This document shows, one piece after another, positions 53,187-60,682 of a stretch of 64,000 nucleotides of DNA. This DNA comes from Phycisphaerales bacterium. Lineage in GTDB: Bacteria; Planctomycetota; Phycisphaerae; Phycisphaerales; UBA1924. The stretch is from contig JBJHCY010000005.1 in the NCBI GenBank assembly GCA_050486265.1, forward strand, positions 3,375 to 67,374. The letters are read 5' to 3'. Position numbers and translations under genes: made by a program. Each line of letters opens with the position of its first letter. Within the stretch, counting starts at the first letter, position 1. Below the pieces are notes generated by a model that saw only the letters and a list, made by a program, of their open reading frames with translations, did no database searches and was not told where the DNA came from.

Positions 53187-54211
53187 GGCCCACCCCCGCC
53201 CGCGGAGCGGTCCAGCGGCACATAGGTGTAAGTCCCGCCCGACATTTCCGCGATCCGGCGCATCATCGCCTCGCCCGAGCGGTCCTCGAAGCAGATCGCC
53301 TGCACCGGCACCGTCGGTCTTCGGTTCTGCGCGATGATCGCGTCGGCCTCCGCCTCGGCGAAGATCCCGTCGGTCATGAAGTAGATCGCGTCGGGCCTCG
53401 GGCTGAGCGTAAAGATGATCTCGAAGCCGGTCAGGGGGTTGGTGCCCCCGTAGACCTGGATCGTGTCGATCGCCCGCTCGGCCCACCTCTTGCCGGACCT
53501 GTCTGCCCGCATCCACCGTGTCCTGCCGCCAAGAACGGTCGCCTCGTGCGAGAACAGGACGATGACGAACTCCGCCCGTTCGTCGAGGGCGTCCACCGAC
53601 TCCTTGAGCGCCCGCCGGACCGCCTCGATCCGCGGGCCCATCATCGAGCCGGAGATATCGACCAGGAAGACAAACCGGCGTCCCCGCGCCTCGACGCCCA
53701 GGAAGCTCGCCGCACCGTCGCCGGCGCCCCCGACATCGAAGCCGCCGGCGCCTTCGCTCCCGCCCCCCGAGCCGCTCAGGGTCAGCGTCGAGAGATCCGC
53801 CAGTTCCGAAGCCAGGTCCATACCCGCGGGGTCGTCCAGCGCGGGGATCTCGGCCGCGTCGGCCTGCTCGGCGATCTCGACCGTCGGCTCCGCGAGATCG
53901 AGCGCCTCGGCCTCGATCGCGTCGAGTTCGGACTGGCTCATCACCGCCAGCTCGAAGACCTGCTCGCCCGGCGCCCCCCCGATCTGGCCGGACGGCTGCT
54001 GGATCGCGATCAGCGCCGCAATCAACATCAGCACGATGTGCAGCACGATCGTCGCGACCGCACCGACCACCGACGCCCGCTTGAGGTAGCGGATCGCTCG
54101 CTCCTTAAAATCCTCCGGCGGGGCGTCTGGGCCCGCTTTGCCGGTGTGTCCGGGGAGCGGCTGAGCCGCCGCGTCCTGCGGCGATCCGGATTGTCGCGTA
54201 AGGTTGGCCAT
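53183..54211 (-). CDS. Single-pass membrane protein with a C-terminal von Willebrand factor A domain
   Basis: TM VVGAVATIVLHIVLMLIAALIAI, acidic linker, then vWA with an intact MIDAS pattern (VFLVDISGSMMG ... YGGTNPLTG ... IYFMTDG). ATG 54211 chosen; GTG 54232 is an alternative. Confidence 0.8.
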   Translation of the reverse strand: MANLTRQSGSPQDAAAQPLPGHTGKAGPDAPPEDFKERAIRYLKRASVVGAVATIVLHIVLMLIAALIAIQQPSGQIGGAPGEQVFELAVMSQSELDAIEAEALDLAEPTVEIAEQADAAEIPALDDPAGMDLASELADLSTLTLSGSGGGSEGAGGFDVGGAGDGAASFLGVEARGRRFVFLVDISGSMMGPRIEAVRRALKESVDALDERAEFVIVLFSHEATVLGGRTRWMRADRSGKRWAERAIDTIQVYGGTNPLTGFEIIFTLSPRPDAIYFMTDGIFAEAEADAIIAQNRRPTVPVQAICFEDRSGEAMMRRIAEMSGGTYTYVPLDRSAGGGGP

Positions 54212-54344
54212 GCCTGTGGGGCCGGACGCCACGCCCTGTCCGTCCGGTCAGTCTATGGGTTAGACAGCCGCCGCGCCCGAAAGTTCCCGAACCCGAGCAC
54301 ATCCGCCCCGCCCGTTTGCGGTCAGCCCCCCAAGGACCACCTCC

Positions 54345-55118
54345 ATGTCCGACGCCCAGCCCTCTCAGGATCCCGAAAATCAGCCGTTCAAGCGGGTTCT
54401 CCTGAAACTTTCCGGCGAGGCGTTCTGCAAGGCGGGCGGCTTCGGCGTCGATCCCGACGAACTCGAACTCATCGCGGGCGAGATCAAGGAGGCCGCCACC
54501 CAGGGCGTCCAGGTCGCCGTCGTCGTCGGGGGCGGCAACATCATCCGGGGGGCGGAGCTGGCCAGGTCCGGCGATGTCGCCCAGGCCACCGCCGACTACA
54601 TGGGCATGCTCGGGACGGTCATCAACGCCCTGGCCCTCCGCGAAGCCCTGACGAATATCGGGATCGACAGCCGCGTGATGTCGGCGATCGAGGTCCGGGC
54701 GGTCGCCGAGCCGTTCATCCGGGCCCGCGCCATCCGTCACCTCGAGAAGGGGCGCGTGGTGATCCTCGGCGCCGGCACCGGCAACCCCTTCTTCACCACC
54801 GACACCTGCGCCGCCCTCAGGGCCCGCGAGCTGGACTGCGATGTCCTGCTCAAGGCGACCAAGGTCGACGGCGTCTACTCCGCCGACCCCAAGCTCGACC
54901 CCGCCGCCGAGCGCTACGACCGCCTCACCTTCGCCGACGCGATGGCCAGAAACCTCCGCGTGATGGACATGACCGCCCTGGCGATGTGCCAGGAGCAGGC
55001 GATCCCCGTCGTCATCTTCGAGTTCAAGAAACCGGGCAACATCCGGCGCATGGTCGGAGGCGAGCGCCTCGGCACCCTTGTGTACAGCGCCGAGCGCCCG
55101 CCTGCTGGGATCTCCTGA
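54345..55118 (+). CDS. pyrH: UMP kinase
   Basis: KRVLLKLSGEAF...VAVVVGGGNIIRG...MGMLGTVINALAL...ILGAGTGNPFFTTDTCAALRA. Confidence 0.95.
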   Translation: MSDAQPSQDPENQPFKRVLLKLSGEAFCKAGGFGVDPDELELIAGEIKEAATQGVQVAVVVGGGNIIRGAELARSGDVAQATADYMGMLGTVINALALREALTNIGIDSRVMSAIEVRAVAEPFIRARAIRHLEKGRVVILGAGTGNPFFTTDTCAALRARELDCDVLLKATKVDGVYSADPKLDPAAERYDRLTFADAMARNLRVMDMTALAMCQEQAIPVVIFEFKKPGNIRRMVGGERLGTLVYSAERPPAGIS

Positions 55119-55207
55119 GCCATCGGGGGAGTCACGGATCGACCGCAGCGCAAACGCGTATGATCGCGACCGGGCCTCAGGGGGCCCGCACGCTTAGGAG
55201 CAGAGCC

Positions 55208-55780
55208 ATGAGCACCGACCCGGACACCATCCTCCTCGAATCAGAGGAGGGCATGAGCAAGGCCGTCGAGCACCTCAAAGAAGAGCTCAGAGGCATGCGC
55301 ACAGGGAGGGCGTCGACCGCGCTGGTCGAGTATGTCAAGGTCGATTACTACGGCTCGATGACCGAGCTCAAGTCGCTCGCCGCAATCAGCGTCCCCGAGC
55401 CCTCGCAGATCCTGATCAAGCCCTTCGACGCCGGATCGGTCGCCGCGATCCGTCAGGCCCTGGAGAACAGCGACCTGGGCCTCAACCCTGTCGTCGAGGC
55501 CAAGCAGATCCGCCTGAACATCCCTGCGCTCTCCAGCGACCGGCGCAAGCAGCTCGCGGCCCACTGCAAGAAAGTCGGCGAGCAGCAGAAGGTCGTCGTC
55601 CGCAACCTCCGGCGCGACGCCAACAAGCACGCCGACGCCCTGGCCAAGTCCGACGCCAACCCGGTCTCCGAAGACGAGGTCAAGACCCTCAAGGAAGAGA
55701 TCCAGGAACTCGTCAAGAAGTACGAGGCCGAGATCGAGAGCCTCGTCGACGCCAAGACCAAGGAAGTCATGGAGATCTGA
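55208..55780 (+). CDS. frr: Ribosome recycling factor
   Basis: MSKAVEHLKEELRGMRTGRASTALVEYVKVDYYGSMTELKSLAAISVPEPSQILIKPFD...NLRRDANK; start re-set to ATG 55208. Confidence 0.95.
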   Translation: MSTDPDTILLESEEGMSKAVEHLKEELRGMRTGRASTALVEYVKVDYYGSMTELKSLAAISVPEPSQILIKPFDAGSVAAIRQALENSDLGLNPVVEAKQIRLNIPALSSDRRKQLAAHCKKVGEQQKVVVRNLRRDANKHADALAKSDANPVSEDEVKTLKEEIQELVKKYEAEIESLVDAKTKEVMEI

Positions 55781-56182
55781 GGAGAGGCTTTGTCCGCCTC
55801 CCCGGGTGCGGAATTGTCTTTGCTAGACTCGGCGCATCGACGCCATGGACACGCCGTTCTGTCCAACAACGCTCAGCCCGCCATTTGTGCTCCCGATCTC
55901 TCCGTCCCGGAGGGACGATGGGTTGTAGCCACGGGTGCAGCGCAGGCCGACGCAAAGCGTCGGACAAGCGCAACCCGTGGAAGAACGAGCAAAGCAGACT
56001 TCGCCCTGAAGGGGCGAAGGAAGACTCCGACCGCGATGCGTGAAACAGATCGAACGCTTCCTCCGCTCCTCCGGAGCGGTCTGCATTCTTGAGCGCGAAC
56101 CACGGGTTACCGCGTGCTACGCACGCCTCCACCTCCGACCACCCATCCTCATCGGCGAAGGCCGACGACTCAACAAACACAA

Positions 56183-56212
56183 AGAGGGCGCGACCCACAG
56201 GTCGCGCCCTCT
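56183..56212. terminator. Bidirectional 13-bp-stem terminator hairpin (sppA on the minus strand; frr-side transcripts on the plus strand)
   Basis: AGAGGGCGCGACC-CACA-GGTCGCGCCCTCT. Followed by TTGTGTTTGTTG on the minus strand and CCTTGTTTG on the plus strand. 25 nt from the sppA stop. Confidence 0.6.
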
Positions 56213-56236
56213 CCTTGTTTGAGAAGTCAGAGACAG

Positions 56237-58015
56237 TTACCGGATGATGATCGCCCGGGGCAGAACCACCAGCACCGGCTCGTTGCGCACCTGCACCATC
56301 GCCTCGAGCTGGTCGCGGATCGTGCTCCACGCCGCGTCTCCGACGACGCCCTTGACCAGCGAGACAAACTCGCCGCCGGCGCCGACCCGCGGGGCCGTGA
56401 CCCCGAACGCGCCGCCGAACATCTCCGACAGCGGCTTGGGGCCGGGGAAGTGCATCACATCGAACCTGTCCCGATCCCAGCCGAGCTCCGAGGCGAGATC
56501 GCCCACCGCGTCGTCGAGCCCGCCGATCCGGTCGGCCATCCGCAGCGCCACCGCGCGGTCGCCGGTGAACAGACGCCCCTCGCCGACACGGCGCATGTTG
56601 ATCCCGTCGCGCCCCTCACGCACGCGGCTGGCGAACAGGTCGTAGGTCTCGGTCATCCGCTGACGCACGAGCTCTTCCTGCGCCCCGGTCCAGGGCTCGA
56701 CCGAGCTCATCAGGTCGGCCATCGGCCCGCGCGAACGCGGGTGCACACGGACCTTCAGCTTGTCGTACACCCCGCCGAGGGTCATCTTCCCGCCGACCAC
56801 GCCGATCGACCCGAGGATGCTCGACTCGTTGGTGTAGATCCGGTCGCCTCCCACGGCGATGTAGTACCCGCCCGAGGCGGCCATGCTCCCCACGCTCACC
56901 CAGACGGGCTTCTCTTCAGAAACTCGCCTGAGCCCGCGCCAGATCACCTCGCTGGCGATCGCCGAGCCGCCGGGCGAATTGATCCGCACGATCACGCCCC
57001 CGACCTTGTCGTCGTTGCGAAGGTCTTCGAGCACATTGCGGATGGTGCGGCTGCCCGTCGTCGCGCCGCCGAACAGCCCGCCGGGCGAGGACTCCCCGTC
57101 CATGATCGGGCCCTCGATGTGCACCACCGCGATCGTCTCACGCGTGGGCGTGTGCTTGGGGTCCTGCGAGAGCATCCGGAAGATCGCGAACGGGTTGCTC
57201 GTGTCCAACCGGGAACGCCCGCGCGAGCGCGTCGGGCGGTCGGTCCAGCTCACCTCGCCGCCCAGGCTCGACTCAAGATGCCCGGCGAGTTCGGCGAGGT
57301 CGACCTCAGAGTCCAGCAGGCCGACGGCGATCGCCTTCTCCGCGTCGGCGAACCAGGCGACCTTCATCGCCTCGTCGAGCTGCGCGTCGTTCAGCCCGCG
57401 CCCGGCCTTGACCACATCGCGGATGTTCGAGTACATGCTGTCGAGCAGCTGCGTGATGTTCTCTTCCCAGGCCGGGCTGGGCCCGGTGTTCATGAACTGC
57501 TCGTCGGCGCCCTTGTAGTCGCCCACCTGGATGAACTGGGCCTTGACGCCCAGCCAGCTCAGCGTGTCGGCGAGGTACATCTCCTCCATGTACAGGCCGG
57601 GGAAGGAGACCGCCCCGCCCGCCTGGATGATCGCCCGATCGGCGTGGCCGGCCAGCAGCAACTCCCCGGTGCCGTAGTTTTCCGCGAAGAGAAACACCTT
57701 CTTGCCAGACTCGCGCACCGCGTTCATCGCGACGCCGAGTTCTTCGATCTGCGTCGTCGAGAGCGCCGCGTCGCGCAGCCGCACCACGACCGCGTGCAGC
57801 GAGTCGTCGTCGCGGGCGCGGTGCAGCATCGTCAGGTAGTCGCCCAGCGTCTTGGGGGGCTCGGTCGCCAGCCAGTCGAACGGGCCCGGACGCTCCTGGA
57901 CCGCGCCACGCATCTCGATCATCGCGACCTCGAAGCGGTCGGCCAGCGCCGCCGCCGCGGTCACCGCCAGCGCCAGCCCGGCGCCGGCGAGAGTCTTTGC
58001 TGCGGACTTAAACAT
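56237..58015 (-). CDS. sppA: Signal peptide peptidase SppA, 67K (two-domain) type
   Basis: 592 aa, signal/anchor MFKSAAKTLAGAGLALAVTAAAALA. S49 motifs VIVRINSPGGSAIASEVI and SMAASGGYYIAVGGD. Confidence 0.9.
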   Translation of the reverse strand: MFKSAAKTLAGAGLALAVTAAAALADRFEVAMIEMRGAVQERPGPFDWLATEPPKTLGDYLTMLHRARDDDSLHAVVVRLRDAALSTTQIEELGVAMNAVRESGKKVFLFAENYGTGELLLAGHADRAIIQAGGAVSFPGLYMEEMYLADTLSWLGVKAQFIQVGDYKGADEQFMNTGPSPAWEENITQLLDSMYSNIRDVVKAGRGLNDAQLDEAMKVAWFADAEKAIAVGLLDSEVDLAELAGHLESSLGGEVSWTDRPTRSRGRSRLDTSNPFAIFRMLSQDPKHTPTRETIAVVHIEGPIMDGESSPGGLFGGATTGSRTIRNVLEDLRNDDKVGGVIVRINSPGGSAIASEVIWRGLRRVSEEKPVWVSVGSMAASGGYYIAVGGDRIYTNESSILGSIGVVGGKMTLGGVYDKLKVRVHPRSRGPMADLMSSVEPWTGAQEELVRQRMTETYDLFASRVREGRDGINMRRVGEGRLFTGDRAVALRMADRIGGLDDAVGDLASELGWDRDRFDVMHFPGPKPLSEMFGGAFGVTAPRVGAGGEFVSLVKGVVGDAAWSTIRDQLEAMVQVRNEPVLVVLPRAIIIR

Positions 58016-58196
58016 CGTTGAGATCTCCTCGGGATTCTGCGGGAGGACCGGAGGGTCCGATCCCGCCGCGTCTTCCGATGACTTTCGGAATCAGCCCGGC
58101 CCCGTTTCATCGGACCCGCTCCAGAAGCGGGCCCCGCGATCGCGGGCGAACCGACGCACCAACCAAGACGCAAAACAGGGCAGGACCGACCGGAAT

Positions 58197-58619
58197 TCAG
58201 TCGTACCCAAGGCCTTCAAGGTCGTCCTCGTCGAGCCCCATCTGGTGCCCGATCTCGTGCAGAAGGGTGACCCGGATTTCCTCGTAGAGTTCATCGACCG
58301 CCGAGGCGTCCCTCTCCAGCCGGCGCCACCCCCCCACATGCTCGACCAGCCCCCGCCTGAAGATGTGGATCTGGCTGGGAAGCTCCCCCGAATGCGTGAC
58401 CGAACGCTCGGTGATCGCGATCCCAGAGTGCAGCCCGAAGAGCGACGCCCCCGCCCCGGACTCGGAAGGATCGATCCCCACAGAACGAAGGATCTCCGGC
58501 GTCGGTTCGTCGAGCACGACCAGAGGCGTCTCGTCCAGCACCGCCAGCACGCCCTCGGGCAGCTCCCCGACCGCCTCATCGACCAGGGCGTCGAACCACG
58601 CCCGCTGTTCTTCCGTCAC
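58197..58619 (-). CDS. Small metallopeptidase-like protein with HEXXH (zincin/DUF1025-like)
   Basis: VTEEQRAWFDALVDEAVGELP...IRVTLLHEIGHQMGLDEDDLEGLGYD. GTG start overlapping the upstream stop (GTGA). Confidence 0.7.
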   Translation of the reverse strand: MTEEQRAWFDALVDEAVGELPEGVLAVLDETPLVVLDEPTPEILRSVGIDPSESGAGASLFGLHSGIAITERSVTHSGELPSQIHIFRRGLVEHVGGWRRLERDASAVDELYEEIRVTLLHEIGHQMGLDEDDLEGLGYD

Positions 58620-59605
58620 TGGCCCTGCCCTCCGGACCTCTCGTAGGCGGATCGCTCGGGGACCGATTCGTCCACCAGCATCTTCGAGGGCTCCAGCCGC
58701 GGCTGGAGAATGACCGGCGCGATCCGCAGGCAGTCGCGGAGCACGCCCCACAGCCCGATCGTAAACAGCACCGCCCCCAGCCCGGTGAGGATCATGTCGG
58801 CGTAGAAGACGGTGTCGCGCACGACGCCGCCCGCCGCGACGCCGACCAGCCCGAGCACCGCGCCGAGCCAGACCAGCGCCATCGCCCCGCCAAGGGGCAG
58901 CATCGACTGTCGCTCCGCCCCGCCGCTGCGCAGCACCTTCGACCGCTGCGCCAGCAGCTTGGCGTTCGGCCTGAACAGAACCACGACCAGAACAATCATC
59001 GTGGCCCCGATCAGCCGGAGCGTGAGCAGTCCGGCGTCCAGCGTGGTCCCCTTCAGAAACGAGGCGGGGCTGAGCGACTGCGCCTGCGCGTCCAGCAGCC
59101 GGAGGCCGACCAGCGCCGCCATCAGCACGGCGCCTCCCAACGCCATCAGCCGCTGCCGACGCGGGATCCCCGCGTGCGGGGCGATCAGCGCGATCGACCC
59201 GAGCGCCGAGAGCGCGATCGCCGCCAGCGTCGCCGGGCCGAGCCAGAGCGGGGGCAGACGCCCCACCTCCATCAGCGCGGCGGTCTCGATCCAGAACCGG
59301 TTGAGCCACATGAGCAGGGCGGCGACGATCGCCGCGGCCGGCCAGAGCACCAGGCCGATCGCCACCGATCGCCGGCGCCGGATCGGTGCGATGACGCCGG
59401 CGGCGGGGTCGACCGCGTCGAGCACGGTGGCGAGGACAGATGTGCCGCACTCGGGGCAGGAGGACCGGACACTGAGCGACCGGAGGTTGTACCCACAACG
59501 GATGCACGCCAGGTCACCCGCCAGTTTCCTGGCGATCCGCTCGCTCTGCGCGGCCGGGTCTGGGCCGTCGGGCGGGATCGGATTGGGGACTTGTTGGTGG
59601 TTCAT
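58616..59605 (-). CDS. Polytopic membrane protein with an N-terminal zinc-ribbon motif
   Basis: Start re-set to MNHQQVPNP at 59605. CIRCGYNLRSLSVRSSCPECG, then at least 6 hydrophobic segments. No family recognised. Confidence 0.6.
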   Translation of the reverse strand: MNHQQVPNPIPPDGPDPAAQSERIARKLAGDLACIRCGYNLRSLSVRSSCPECGTSVLATVLDAVDPAAGVIAPIRRRRSVAIGLVLWPAAAIVAALLMWLNRFWIETAALMEVGRLPPLWLGPATLAAIALSALGSIALIAPHAGIPRRQRLMALGGAVLMAALVGLRLLDAQAQSLSPASFLKGTTLDAGLLTLRLIGATMIVLVVVLFRPNAKLLAQRSKVLRSGGAERQSMLPLGGAMALVWLGAVLGLVGVAAGGVVRDTVFYADMILTGLGAVLFTIGLWGVLRDCLRIAPVILQPRLEPSKMLVDESVPERSAYERSGGQGQ

Positions 59606-59721
59606 GTAGGGAACAAACTCGGCCGGTGCGGGGTGCTCACGACGCCTCGGGGTGGGGGCAGCGTACCTCAAGATGCGGGATGGTTGGCCGCTAAACTCCG
59701 AACCCCACGCCAGGAGACACG

Positions 59722-60648
59722 ATGCAGGACAAGATCCAGGAACTCCGGGAGAACATCACGAAGGTCTTTCTGGGCAACGAGGGTGCAGTCGACCGGCTGA
59801 TCTGCTGCCTGCTCTCCAGGGGCCACGCCCTGATCGAGGATGTGCCGGGCGTCGGGAAAACAGTGCTAGCGACAGCCCTGGCCCGGAGCATCGACTGCGC
59901 GTTCACGCGGATCCAGCTTACCCCCGACCTTCTGCCCGGCGATGTGCTGGGTGTGAGCGTCCTGGATAAAGCGTCCGGCGAGTTTGTGCTCAAGAAGGGC
60001 CCGGTCTTCACCAACATCCTGCTGGCCGACGAGATCAACCGGACCACGCCCCGGACCCAGACGGCGCTCTTGGAGGCGATGAGCGAGCAGCAGGTCTCGG
60101 TCGACGGACGGGTGCTCCCGCTCGGGTCGCCTTTCATGGTCCTGGCGACGCAGAACCCGTACGAGTTCGAGGGCACCTACCTCCTGCCGGAGAACCAGCT
60201 CGATCGGTTCCTGATGCGGATCGAACTGGGCTACCCCTCCGCCGAGGACGAGCTCCGCGTGCTGGAGATCCGGCCGGCGCAGAAGGTTCTGGCCGAGCTC
60301 AAGCCGGTGCTCAGCCGTGCGGAGGTCATCGGGCTGCAGGACCGTGTCGACGATGTGAAGGTCGACAGAGCGATCCTGGACTACATCGTCCGCATCGCCG
60401 AGGCGACGCGGAACCACCCCTCGATCCGCGTCGGGCTCAGCCCGCGCGGGTCGCTCGCGCTGGCGCAGGCCTCGCGCGCCACGGCGATGATCCACGGTCG
60501 CGAGTATGTGATCCCCGAAGATGTGCTGGAGAACCTGACGGACATCGCCGCCCACCGTCTGATCTTTACCGCCGGCGGGCACCCGGACGCGGAAGAGGCC
60601 AAGGCGCTCTTGGACTCGATCGCCGCGGGCGTGGGCAGCCCGGCCTGA
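59722..60648 (+). CDS. MoxR-like AAA+ ATPase
   Basis: Walker A EDVPGVGKT, Walker B ILLADEINR, QTALLEAMSEQQVSVDG, VLATQNPYEFEGTYLLPENQLDRF. Confidence 0.92.
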   Translation: MQDKIQELRENITKVFLGNEGAVDRLICCLLSRGHALIEDVPGVGKTVLATALARSIDCAFTRIQLTPDLLPGDVLGVSVLDKASGEFVLKKGPVFTNILLADEINRTTPRTQTALLEAMSEQQVSVDGRVLPLGSPFMVLATQNPYEFEGTYLLPENQLDRFLMRIELGYPSAEDELRVLEIRPAQKVLAELKPVLSRAEVIGLQDRVDDVKVDRAILDYIVRIAEATRNHPSIRVGLSPRGSLALAQASRATAMIHGREYVIPEDVLENLTDIAAHRLIFTAGGHPDAEEAKALLDSIAAGVGSPA

Positions 60649-60682
60649 ATGCTTGGGCGCGTCGATCGGTTCGCGTTCCGTC

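Noticed and set aside
53546-55207. 5' part of the 744-aa plus ORF 53546-55780.
   Set aside because: Only the last 190 codons (frr, from ATG 55208) are real. The upstream part is antisense to the vWA gene and out of frame with pyrH.
56040-56222. 60-aa plus-strand ORF (MKQIERFLRSSGAVCILEREP...) with a faint HicA-like N-terminal pattern.
   Set aside because: It lacks the GSH and PxH hallmarks, has mediocre third-position GC for this genome, and runs straight through the 13-bp terminator stem. There is insufficient support to call a CDS.
55781-56236. tmRNA (ssrA) or RNase P RNA in the hairpin-rich frr-sppA gap.
   Set aside because: On either strand I found none of the expected hallmarks. There is no tRNA-like acceptor pairing or GGUUCGA-type T-arm, no plausible tag ORF ending in a hydrophobic-Ala-Ala stop, and no GAGGAAAGUCC (P4) motif. 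It is kept only as an unassigned candidate ncRNA.
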